Origin: Defluviitaleaceae bacterium
GTDB taxonomy: Bacteria > Bacillota > Clostridia > Lachnospirales > WQUN01
Reading direction: 5' to 3'
DNA length: 64,000 nt
NCBI GenBank assembly: GCA_009785605.1
Contig: WQVY01000004.1
Location: 977 to 64,976, forward strand
Shown here: one piece after another, positions 37,824 to 46,546 of the stretch
Layout: each line of letters starts with the position of its first letter
How positions within the stretch are numbered: the stretch's first letter is position 1
Notes under the pieces: model-generated
Seen by the model: the letters and a program-made list of their open reading frames with translations, nothing else
Databases searched by the model: none
What the model was told of the DNA's origin: nothing
Translations under genes and position numbers: made by a program

Positions 37824-38600
37824 TTAGTGGATTGAATTAATTAAATCTTGCATTGCATAAAGTCCTGGGGACTTGTCCTTGATAAAATGTGCCGCGCTTA
37901 TTGCCCCAACTGCGAATACATCACGGGACTGCGCTATATGGGTAAGTTGGATTAACTCGTCTTGGCCAGCGAATATAATATTGTGTTCGCCTGTTATGCT
38001 GCCGCCTCTTATGGCGTGAATACCTATTTCGCTCTTGTTGCGCTTACTTGTGGTTTGGCTACGGTCATGTACATAACTCATTTTTCCATCAAGAGACTGA
38101 TTTATAGCGTCTGCCAAAAGATACGCTGTCCCGCTTGGCGCATCTATTTTTTGATTATGGTGTTTTTCAATTATTTCTATGTCAAACCCGGCATTGTTTA
38201 GTAGTTTAGCTGCACGGCCCAACATATTTGTTAATAGGTTAATCCCTAGAGATAAATTTGCGGATAGAAATATCGCGACTTTCATGGCTGCATCATTTAC
38301 GGTGTCCAAGGTGGGCTTAGGTAAACCCGTTGTACATAATACCAATGGAAGTTGATTATTAACACAATATTCCATCACAGTCTCGACATCAGCGGTTGCA
38401 GATGGAGGGAAAAAACATGTTACTACATCTGCGCGCTGTTGGCACTGGGTAATATCGGTATATATTGGATACGATAATCCGCCCCCGGGTGGAAGGATGT
38501 CTACGCCGGCTACGATTTCAATATCGGGATTTTTTGCAGCCAAGCGGCACACTGCATCACCCATGCGTCCTAAGCAACCACATAATATTATTTTGGTCAT
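37824..38600 (-). CDS. dapB: 4-hydroxy-tetrahydrodipicolinate reductase
   Basis: Contains CGCLGRMG and EKHHNQKIDAPSGTA motifs. Confidence 0.9.
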   Translation of the reverse strand: MTKIILCGCLGRMGDAVCRLAAKNPDIEIVAGVDILPPGGGLSYPIYTDITQCQQRADVVTCFFPPSATADVETVMEYCVNNQLPLVLCTTGLPKPTLDTVNDAAMKVAIFLSANLSLGINLLTNMLGRAAKLLNNAGFDIEIIEKHHNQKIDAPSGTAYLLADAINQSLDGKMSYVHDRSQTTSKRNKSEIGIHAIRGGSITGEHNIIFAGQDELIQLTHIAQSRDVFAVGAISAAHFIKDKSPGLYAMQDLINSIH

Positions 38601-38616
38601 GTTTATCAGCCTTTAC

Positions 38617-38652
38617 GAGCCTGTTCAGCAATTATTAATGCTGAACAGGCTC
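38617..38652. repeat. perfect 14-bp inverted repeat between dapA and dapB
   Basis: GAGCCTGTTCAGCA, an 8-nt loop, then TGCTGAACAGGCTC. No U-tract follows on the coding (minus) strand. Confidence 0.5.
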
Positions 38653-38663
38653 GGTTATTATGT

Positions 38664-39572
38664 TTACATATCTAGTAAGCCGTATTTATTCATTTCTTGT
38701 TTAAGTTTGTCATGTAAACTTTCATCGATAGATGTTAGTGGAAGACGGCAATTGCCTACATCAAAACCCATCATATTGAGCGCAGCCTTTATTGGCATTG
38801 GGTTGACATCGGCGAACAAGCAGCGCACAAGTGGTAATATACTAAGCTGCAGGCGTAAGCTTGCCTCATGGTTGCCATTTAAGTAGGTCATAACTATATT
38901 GTGTACAGTGGCAGGGGCAACATTACCCGTTGTTGAGATAACACCCTTGCCGCCCAGGCTAAGCATCGGTACTATATGGTTGTCATTGCCGGAGTACATC
39001 GTTATTGCATCACCACATAGCTCTATCATTTCGGCAACTTGCACTATGTCACCACTGGCTTCTTTCATTGCCACTATGTTTGGAAGTTTTGAAATTTCGT
39101 ACAAAGTTGCAGGCAGCATGTTTAGTGCTGTACGACTAGGAACATTGTACACTACAATAGGAAGGTCGACAGCCGCAGCTATAGCTGAATAATGTTGCAC
39201 CAACCCTTTTTGGGAAGTTTTGTTATAATAGGGTGTAACGCACATAAGCGCATTGGCACCAGCTTGGTAAAGCGCCCGGCTCATCTCTATACACTTTGCT
39301 GTGTCGTTGCCGCCTGCACCAGCTATTACTGGCACGTTCTTGTTGTATTTGGTGTTTGCTTTTTTTGTGAATGACACTGCTTGTAGCACTACTTCAATAT
39401 GTTCGTCATTGGAAAGTGTGGTAGCTTCGCCGGTAGTACCACAGGCTACTATGGCATCTGTACCCTCTTTTACTTGAAAGTCGATGAGTTTCTCATAAGC
39501 CGTATAATTAATTTTTCCTGCGCTGTCAAATGGTGTACACACTGCAACACCTGACCCTGTAAAAATAGACAT
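38664..39572 (-). CDS. dapA: 4-hydroxy-tetrahydrodipicolinate synthase
   Basis: Contains GTTGEATTLS, the YNVPSRT motif and the active-site Lys in AMKEASGD. Confidence 0.95.
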   Translation of the reverse strand: MSIFTGSGVAVCTPFDSAGKINYTAYEKLIDFQVKEGTDAIVACGTTGEATTLSNDEHIEVVLQAVSFTKKANTKYNKNVPVIAGAGGNDTAKCIEMSRALYQAGANALMCVTPYYNKTSQKGLVQHYSAIAAAVDLPIVVYNVPSRTALNMLPATLYEISKLPNIVAMKEASGDIVQVAEMIELCGDAITMYSGNDNHIVPMLSLGGKGVISTTGNVAPATVHNIVMTYLNGNHEASLRLQLSILPLVRCLFADVNPMPIKAALNMMGFDVGNCRLPLTSIDESLHDKLKQEMNKYGLLDM

Positions 39573-39682
39573 AATATCACCCCGCTACAAAAATTACCAT
39601 GATAATATTGAAAAACCATTCATGTGTCAAATACATGAAAGTAAATTTGTACAGTAAGTTTACGTCACAACAGGAGGCAATA

Positions 39683-40969
39683 ATGACCATATCCATCCCA
39701 ACCGATGTTAACGCAATTTTAGACAGCTTAATGTCAAAAGGTCACGAGGCCTACATTGTAGGTGGTTGTGTTCGTGATAGCATTAGAGGTGTTGTACCAA
39801 AAGACTGGGATATTACCACATCTGCACTACCTAGCCAAGTAGTTGAAATTTTCCCACGCACATATGAAACAGGGATAAAGCACGGCACAATTACGGTGCT
39901 TGTAGGAAGTCATGGATATGAAGTTACAACGTACCGCATAGATGGCACATACCAAGATAGCCGCCGCCCACAAGATGTGACATTTACATCAAACATACAA
40001 GATGATTTAAGCCGGCGCGATTTCACAATGAACGCAATAGCTTATAATCCGGTATGCGGTTTTGTGGACCCTTATGATGGGCAAGTAGATATAGGTAGGA
40101 AATTAATCCGTTGTGTAGGAGACGCACATTGCCGCTTTGGAGAAGATGCACTAAGGATGTTAAGGGCTGTGCGCTTTGCAGGACAATTGGGGTTTGCGGT
40201 AGATGATGCAGCACTAGAGGCTATATTTGTATTGCGGTCTAGCCTTGCTAAAATTAGTGCAGAGCGTATCCGTGATGAGTTGGTGCGGCTTATTACAAGC
40301 CCTTATGTAGAAGCCATCAACCTCCTAGAAAGTACCGGTTTATTGCCATATGTCTTGTTCGGCCATACATTTGATGGTGATATACAAGAGACAAGTCGGA
40401 TGCTGGCAGACTGTCCTATGCAAGCCAGCTTAAGACTAACAATCTTTATTGCCTCTAGCGGTATTGCGTGCAACAAGATAATGCGTGAACTGCGTTTTGA
40501 TAATAAGATTATTCGTGATGTAAGCTTATATGTAAATATGCTTCATTCAACAATCCATAATAGTAGATATGAGATAAAAAAAAACCTACGACAAATGCCA
40601 CAAATCCATGATAATGAATGCCCAAGGCATGTTTCACAAAAGTATTTTGAGAACTTGCTAATATTAAAGTCGATAGTATACCCACAAGATGCTAAAAGGC
40701 TCATATCTATCTTGCACGAATCACGAGACATCCAAGCCAGTGGGGAGTGCTATACATTACGTGACCTTTTAATAAACGGGGAAATATTGGCCAAAGCCGG
40801 TATACCACGTGGTAAAGCAATTGGCGACAAGCTAGAAAAAATATTGGATATTGTGATGCGTGATCCTAAACAAAATTTATATATGTATGATTATTATGTG
40901 AAAAATATGTATAATACTGAAATAGTCACACACCCAGGGGCTGAGACCAATGCCAATGATGTACAATGA
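39683..40969 (+). CDS. cca: CCA tRNA nucleotidyltransferase
   Basis: I chose the ATG at 39683 because AGGAGG lies at 39672-39677. Contains the GGCVRD motif and RRDFTMNA. Confidence 0.85.
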   Translation: MTISIPTDVNAILDSLMSKGHEAYIVGGCVRDSIRGVVPKDWDITTSALPSQVVEIFPRTYETGIKHGTITVLVGSHGYEVTTYRIDGTYQDSRRPQDVTFTSNIQDDLSRRDFTMNAIAYNPVCGFVDPYDGQVDIGRKLIRCVGDAHCRFGEDALRMLRAVRFAGQLGFAVDDAALEAIFVLRSSLAKISAERIRDELVRLITSPYVEAINLLESTGLLPYVLFGHTFDGDIQETSRMLADCPMQASLRLTIFIASSGIACNKIMRELRFDNKIIRDVSLYVNMLHSTIHNSRYEIKKNLRQMPQIHDNECPRHVSQKYFENLLILKSIVYPQDAKRLISILHESRDIQASGECYTLRDLLINGEILAKAGIPRGKAIGDKLEKILDIVMRDPKQNLYMYDYYVKNMYNTEIVTHPGAETNANDVQ

Positions 40970-42197
40970 AAGAGATTATTTGGAGCGTTGCCATAGTCTA
41001 GTTGTGTTTGGTGGCACATTTGACCCAATTCATATGGGCCACATAGCAATTGCACAGGCTGCATGCCAACAACTAAAACCACAACGGGTACTATTTGTAC
41101 CAAGTGGCCAGTCGCCCCATAAAAACGACCGGCAAATTGCATGTGCTCAACACCGTTATAACATGACGGCGCTTGCTATATGTGAATATCCAAGCTTTGA
41201 TATATCGCGAATAGAAATTGATAGGCCAGGGTTTTCATACACGATAGATACGGCACGTACGCTGCTGTCCCTTTGCCCGGCTGGGGCAAGATTTAGTTTT
41301 TTGATTGGTGATGATGCATTTAAAAATATTTTGTCATGGCAAGATGCAAGCGAATTATTGAGGACATGTGAATTTATAGTAGTACCACGCCCGGGACATA
41401 AAAATGAATCAATATCAAACAAAGAAACATTAGAGCTTATTGATTACCTGGCTAAAAATAACAACGCTAGAATACAACGGTTAAATAGTCCGCTGTTGGA
41501 TATTTCCAGTACCGATATCCGTGAGCGCTTTAAAACAGGCAATACAGTGCATGGTCTTATACCAAAAACCGTAGAGGCTTACGCATACCAACATGAACTT
41601 TACACACCAAAAACATCCACACAAGCAAAGTTTTGTTATAACACCGCACAAGACACGTTGCGCATACGACTCTCTCCTAAGCGCTTCGCTCATACAATGG
41701 GGGTTGTTGCTACTGCTGACGAGCTTGCTAAACATTATGGTCAAGACAGAGAAAAAGCTCGCATTGCCGCTTTATTGCATGACTGCGCAAAGGAATATAG
41801 CACCGGGAAAAAGCGCGCTTTATGTAAGATATGGGATATAAAATTAGATGCATTTTTAGAAGATGACATTGATTTAACTCACAGTTTAATTGGGGCAGAA
41901 TCTGCAAAAAGGGATTTTTATATACACGAGCTGGAGATATTACAGGCCATACGCTACCATACAACCGGAAATAGCGGCATGACAATGCTGGACAAAATCA
42001 TAATGTTAGCCGATTATATAGAGCCTTCTCACCCAAACCATGGTATCGTAAAAGAAATGAGACAGTTAGCCACAACCAACATTAATAAGGCATTGGTTTT
42101 ACGGATAGAGCACATAATCAGCAAGAAAAGTAAATCTGGCCAACCTATGCATCCATGGAGCCTGGATGCATTACAAGAATTAATAACAACACATTAA
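40950..42197 (+). CDS. nadD: fusion of nicotinate-nucleotide adenylyltransferase (NadD) and a YqeK-type HD phosphohydrolase
   Basis: The N-terminal half has FGGTFDPIHMGH and ISSTDIR. The C-terminal half has RFAHTMGV ... LLHDCAKE ... YHTTG (YqeK HD domain). It is a single uninterrupted 415-aa ORF. Confidence 0.8.
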   Translation: MPMMYNERDYLERCHSLVVFGGTFDPIHMGHIAIAQAACQQLKPQRVLFVPSGQSPHKNDRQIACAQHRYNMTALAICEYPSFDISRIEIDRPGFSYTIDTARTLLSLCPAGARFSFLIGDDAFKNILSWQDASELLRTCEFIVVPRPGHKNESISNKETLELIDYLAKNNNARIQRLNSPLLDISSTDIRERFKTGNTVHGLIPKTVEAYAYQHELYTPKTSTQAKFCYNTAQDTLRIRLSPKRFAHTMGVVATADELAKHYGQDREKARIAALLHDCAKEYSTGKKRALCKIWDIKLDAFLEDDIDLTHSLIGAESAKRDFYIHELEILQAIRYHTTGNSGMTMLDKIIMLADYIEPSHPNHGIVKEMRQLATTNINKALVLRIEHIISKKSKSGQPMHPWSLDALQELITTH

Positions 42198-42211
42198 AGG
42201 AGGAAATATAA

Positions 42212-42556
42212 ATGAAAAACGACACAAAAGAGTGGCTGGCAGTACAAGAACTACGCGATGCGTTAGATAAAAAATTTGGACATGACATAATGGTGATGGA
42301 CTTAAGAAATGTAACAACGATTGCAGATTTTTTTGTAATTGCCACTGGTACTAGCGCTCCACAATTACAATCGCTGGCAGATACGTCAGAGGAAGTAATG
42401 AAGAAACACGAAATACCTCTTAACCATGTAGAAGGTATCCGTGCAGGAGAATGGGTGTTATTAGACTTTGGCAGTGTAATCGTACATTTGTTTGGCAAGG
42501 AGAGTCGTGAGTTTTATAAACTAGAACGTGTTTGGGGAGATGCCAATATAGTATAA
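42212..42556 (+). CDS. rsfS: ribosome silencing factor RsfS
   Basis: Contains FFVIATGTS and WVLLDFGSVIVHLF motifs. It follows nadD/yqeK as B. subtilis yqeL does. Confidence 0.9.
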   Translation: MKNDTKEWLAVQELRDALDKKFGHDIMVMDLRNVTTIADFFVIATGTSAPQLQSLADTSEEVMKKHEIPLNHVEGIRAGEWVLLDFGSVIVHLFGKESREFYKLERVWGDANIV

Positions 42557-42629
42557 TTTACCATAACAATGTCGACACTTTTATATATACATCATCACAT
42601 CGCTAAAGCGATATTGAGTGATATAAGGA

Positions 42630-43100
42630 GTGTTGATTTTGTTAAAGAAAATTTTAAAAGCGTTTGTAATGGAAAAAGTACCAGTAGTTGTGTGTGCTGT
42701 AGCTTGCATAGCTTCTGCGTTAATGGGCATTGCAGTAGGGTATTTGCTAAATGGAATAAGTGAACAAGTACTGGCTTATGGCGATTATGCTGTATATCAG
42801 CCAAACACTACTCATATGGCGGCAGTTGCAGAGTTGTATGAGCCGCCAACGCTAAGCCATGAGTTGATATATGACGAGCCAACCACAAACAACCATGTAA
42901 CTTCCCACATGTATGTTGTAACAATTTTGGGCGGCTATATTGCTATCTATCATGCGGAGGAGCACGGCGGTGGACTTAAAGAAATAACAAGCACAACAGT
43001 AGGAAACTTAGATCCAGAGGAGCAGCAGCGGTTGGAGGAAGGAATTAAAATATACTCTGACGAAGCATTAGCACTAATTTTGCAAGACTACGGCAGCTAA
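42630..43100 (+). CDS. hypothetical single-pass membrane protein
   Basis: An AAGGAG RBS ends at 42630, so the real start is probably the TTG at 42639 or the downstream Met. It has one TM helix and a small extracytoplasmic domain. I recognised no family. Confidence 0.5.
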   Translation: MLILLKKILKAFVMEKVPVVVCAVACIASALMGIAVGYLLNGISEQVLAYGDYAVYQPNTTHMAAVAELYEPPTLSHELIYDEPTTNNHVTSHMYVVTILGGYIAIYHAEEHGGGLKEITSTTVGNLDPEEQQRLEEGIKIYSDEALALILQDYGS

Positions 43101-43121
43101 AATAAAACACATTATATCATG

Positions 43122-43152
43122 AGACATTGCCCAAAAAGCGATGTCTTTTTTT
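43122..43152 (+). terminator. weak intrinsic terminator
   Basis: AGACAT / ATGTCT stem followed by a run of seven T. Confidence 0.4.
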
Positions 43153-43251
43153 GATGCGTACATTGACACATGAATGTTATACAACTACAATAAAGTAGAA
43201 ATATCAGCATGTTTCATTCTATGCTAACAAAGGATAAAATCTTAGGGGGAA

Positions 43252-44367
43252 ATGCACGTGAGAGAATATGAACATTACGAATATAAGTTCGATAATGATG
43301 AAGAAGATGTAATACATGAAGAAGATACAAATGAATCTGATTATTTTGATGATTATGCCGATTCTCATGAATACGGCAATGAAATGGCACGCAGTGCAGT
43401 TGAGCGTTTCCTTGAATCTGAAACAAGTGACGATGAAAACGACAATAAAAAAATGTCTAAACTTCCCCAACAAGAAGATTTATTGGACCCAGACAATGTA
43501 AAACGCACTGGTTTGACCCCCAAATATGACGAAGACGAAGAATATATGTCACGCCTAGCTGATGCTAGACGAGAACGACAGCGCAGAAGTGAAAAAAACC
43601 CTGTCCCTAAACCTGCTGTACGTGTTAATGTTGAAAGACCACGCCGCTCACAACCGGCGGTAGTATTAGATAAACCACAAGCAGATGAAGAATGGGCCCC
43701 GATGGCAGAAGAAGATTTTGAAAACTTTCGTAAGCGCTACAGTGAGCCCCATGTCATGACACCACGTGACACAAAAACAAGTGAACGTACGCGTAGTACT
43801 ACTAGCGTGCGCCGCACATCAGACGTAGCAGAAGGGCCAAACCCGCTACGCTATATGTTGGCATTTATTGTACTTGGGGTCTTGGCACTTATGGTAATTT
43901 TGGCTGTAAACAACAGGAATCTAAGGCTGGATGTAGCCAGGCTTGAGACAAATGCTGCCACAGTCAATAATAACGCTGCCGAGTTAGTAACTATGAGTTT
44001 AGAACGTGATTATTATCAAGGTGAAGTAGCGAGTCTAAGAGAAGAAAATACCATGCTGCGTGAACAATTGGGATATGGCAATGAGGAGTATGACCTTCCA
44101 TATACAACTGACCCGGAAGGTACAACAACTGCGAGGCCTGACGATGAGGCAGGTACAACTTCACAAACAGATATTGTTCCTCCACCAGCACCAGCACCTG
44201 TAATTCACATAGTACAAAGCGGGCAGGTATTATCGCGTATAGCAAACTATCATTTTGGTAGCAGTGCGCAACGCTATATAGACCTAATAGTAGCTGCCAA
44301 TGAAAATCTAACAGACCCTAACGACATATATGTTGGGCAAGAGCTAATAATACCTGTATTGGATTAA
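43252..44367 (+). CDS. LysM-domain membrane protein with an acidic N-terminus
   Basis: Has an acidic cytoplasmic region, one TM (MLAFIVLGVLALMVILAV) and a coiled coil. The C-terminal LysM reads HIVQSGQVLSRIA...YVGQELIIP. The start may be the GTG at 43258. Confidence 0.75.
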   Translation: MHVREYEHYEYKFDNDEEDVIHEEDTNESDYFDDYADSHEYGNEMARSAVERFLESETSDDENDNKKMSKLPQQEDLLDPDNVKRTGLTPKYDEDEEYMSRLADARRERQRRSEKNPVPKPAVRVNVERPRRSQPAVVLDKPQADEEWAPMAEEDFENFRKRYSEPHVMTPRDTKTSERTRSTTSVRRTSDVAEGPNPLRYMLAFIVLGVLALMVILAVNNRNLRLDVARLETNAATVNNNAAELVTMSLERDYYQGEVASLREENTMLREQLGYGNEEYDLPYTTDPEGTTTARPDDEAGTTSQTDIVPPPAPAPVIHIVQSGQVLSRIANYHFGSSAQRYIDLIVAANENLTDPNDIYVGQELIIPVLD

Positions 44368-44371
44368 TATG

Positions 44372-44415
44372 AAGAACTACCTCGCGATTGGTAATTGTGA
44401 GGTAGTTCTTTTTTG
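44372..44415 (+). terminator. intrinsic terminator
   Basis: AAGAACTACCTC / GAGGTAGTTCTT stem followed by TTTTT. Confidence 0.7.
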
Positions 44416-44538
44416 CATAATCATGTCCGATGTGGCATAAGTTAATACCAATTCCAATTAAACATGTTGATAAATATGGGTTTAATTGGAGTGTGTAATG
44501 GCAGTAAAAATAACTATCGAATAGGATTAGGATAGCCA

Positions 44539-46029
44539 ATGGATCTTACAAGTTTATCATTAGCTCAGTTGCGGGAGGCCGCCAAGACATTGGGCATCAA
44601 AAATACCTCTAGATCGCGTAAAGCTGAACTGGTTGCACTAATTGAATCTCATGAAAAACCCCATCATGATGCCCCGCTTACTAACAATGCAAATGGTGCA
44701 AGTGATATGGAGCATGAGCCGGTTATAGAAGAACCGCATATTGCCAATGAAATTGTAGATGAACCTCAAATCACAGATGATATATTAATAATAACAACTA
44801 CGTCTGAAGATAATCTTCAAATCACTCGTATTTCTGACCCCCCTCAAACAGATGATTCCCCTGATGTAATAACATCCGAGCCACCGCTGCAAGAACAACA
44901 AACAGCGGAAGGTATCCTAGAAATACTGCCAGATGGTTTTGGTTTTCTTAGGGTAGAAAATTTCTTACCTAGCTCTGGGGATATATATATATCGCCTACA
45001 CAAATAAGGCGTTTTAACTTGCGTACTGGGGACTTGATTTGTGGTATCACCCGTCATGGTGGTGCTGATAAGTTTAGTGCCATATCATATGTTAAACATG
45101 TCAACGGTGAGCCGCCATATATGGCAACCCGCCGCCCTTATTTCGAATATTTGACCCCCATATTCCCCACACAGCGCATAACATTAGAAACGCCTTATGG
45201 CCAAACTACCCGCCACGAGTTAGCTCCCAGGCTTATAGATTTACTATCACCTATAGGCTTTGGCCAGCGCGGTATGATTGTCTCGCCCCCTAAAGCCGGG
45301 AAAACAGTTCTTTTAAAGCAAATCGCAAATGCGATAACACAAAACCACCCAGATGTACACCTTATTGTACTATTGATAGACGAACGCCCAGAGGAAGTCA
45401 CAGACATGCAGCGGTCTATTATAGGTGAGCACTGCACCGTAGTATCCTCTACCTTTGACGAACAACCAGAAAATCACAAGCGCGTAGCCGAGATGGTACT
45501 AGAAAGAGCAAAGCGTCTGGTAGAACAAAAAAAAGACTTGGTTGTACTTTTAGATTCTATAACAAGGTTGGGGCGTGCGTATAATCTTACGATACCCATG
45601 GGTGGGCGTACATTGTCTGGCGGGCTTGACCCTGCAGCGCTTTATATGCCAAAGAAGTTTTTTGGTGCTGCGCGCAATGTAGAGGAAGGCGGCTCATTGA
45701 CAGTGCTTGCTACGGCACTGGTTGATACTGGCAGCAAGATGGACGATGTAATTTTTGAGGAATTTAAAGGTACTGGCAATATGGAGTTGGTGCTGGATAG
45801 GCGCATGGCAGAGAGGCGTATCTTCCCGGCAATAGATATTATGCGCTCTGGTACACGACGTGAGGAGCTGTTACTTTCGGCTAGGGAATTGGATGCTATG
45901 TATACATTGCGTGACATGAGCGGACGCATAACTCCTGCAGATTTTTCTGAAAAAGTTACCGATATGATGCTAAAATCTCAAAACAACAAGGAATTTGTTA
46001 ATGGGTTTATGGAAGTAAAGCGGTATTAG
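44539..46029 (+). CDS. rho: transcription termination factor Rho with an acidic N-terminal insertion
   Basis: Has an N-terminal SAP-like [13 protein letters not shown], a ~100-aa acidic insert, an RNA-binding OB region (GFGFLR) and Walker A PPKAGKT. Confidence 0.95.
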   Translation: MDLTSLSLAQLREAAKTLGIKNTSRSRKAELVALIESHEKPHHDAPLTNNANGASDMEHEPVIEEPHIANEIVDEPQITDDILIITTTSEDNLQITRISDPPQTDDSPDVITSEPPLQEQQTAEGILEILPDGFGFLRVENFLPSSGDIYISPTQIRRFNLRTGDLICGITRHGGADKFSAISYVKHVNGEPPYMATRRPYFEYLTPIFPTQRITLETPYGQTTRHELAPRLIDLLSPIGFGQRGMIVSPPKAGKTVLLKQIANAITQNHPDVHLIVLLIDERPEEVTDMQRSIIGEHCTVVSSTFDEQPENHKRVAEMVLERAKRLVEQKKDLVVLLDSITRLGRAYNLTIPMGGRTLSGGLDPAALYMPKKFFGAARNVEEGGSLTVLATALVDTGSKMDDVIFEEFKGTGNMELVLDRRMAERRIFPAIDIMRSGTRREELLLSARELDAMYTLRDMSGRITPADFSEKVTDMMLKSQNNKEFVNGFMEVKRY

Positions 46030-46153
46030 AAGCTATGTTCATAGAATGGAAAAATTAATTTCCTATTACATACCTTCACATATCGTACATTTACAGATAT
46101 ACTGGGATAGTGAAAGTTAAAACTGCTAACTATATCAGTACGGAGATGATTTT

Positions 46154-46333
46154 ATGATTTTAAATGCATTGCGCTTTGCCCTCGCGGGTACACCTTCATA
46201 TGTTCTTCCTCTAACAGGCGGCGCTGGGCCACTTGTGGTTACGGCTATTGGGATAGGTTTGGCGGTGCTTAGTCTATTATTGTTTTTCTTGAGAGGGAAA
46301 TCAGACAATAAAAAGAAGAAGCCCAGGAAGTAA
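46154..46333 (+). CDS. 59-aa mini-protein consisting of an LPLTG cell-wall sorting signal (not in the ORF track)
   Basis: GGAG at 46142-46145 lies 8 nt before the ATG. My translation is MILNALRFALAGTPSYVLPLTGGAGPLVVTAIGIGLAVLSLLLFFLRGKSDNKKKKPRK. It contains LPXTG, a hydrophobic helix and a Lys/Arg tail. An in-frame stop lies at 46127. Confidence 0.45.
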   Translation: MILNALRFALAGTPSYVLPLTGGAGPLVVTAIGIGLAVLSLLLFFLRGKSDNKKKKPRK

Positions 46334-46339
46334 CTAATA

Positions 46340-46369
46340 TTGACATCCCATATTTTGACGTGATAAACT
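46340..46369 (+). promoter_or_regulatory. candidate sigma-A promoter of the pyr operon leader
   Basis: TTGACA (46340-46345), an 18-nt spacer, then TGaTAAACT (extended -10). Confidence 0.4.
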
Positions 46370-46478
46370 CCCCTCCGGTAACGCGAAAGGGTGGTTTTGA
46401 TGAGTGCCTTTGAATGCAACAAAGTACGTAACGGTGCACACACGTGCATTTATTTTATATTTACAACTCAAATATGAG

Positions 46479-46506
46479 GTGCAGACAATTCGTCTGCACT
46501 TTTTTT
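46479..46506 (+). terminator. intrinsic terminator / attenuator in the pyrC leader
   Basis: GTGCAGAC / GTCTGCAC stem with a 5-nt loop and seven T. It ends 40 nt upstream of the pyrC ATG. Confidence 0.65.
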
Positions 46507-46546
46507 GTGCGTTCATAAAATATAGTCCGAAAGGGGTATCATATCA

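Noticed and set aside
39573-39682. Possible lysine (L-box) riboswitch upstream of dapA
   Set aside because: The divergent spacer is only about 110 nt and lacks the multi-helix L-box architecture, so no call was made.
46135-46449. 104-aa minus-strand ORF between rho and pyrC
   Set aside because: It has no RBS and no recognisable features. It overlaps the plus-strand mini-ORF, which has an RBS and a textbook LPXTG signal, and it overlaps the candidate pyr promoter. I judged it spurious.
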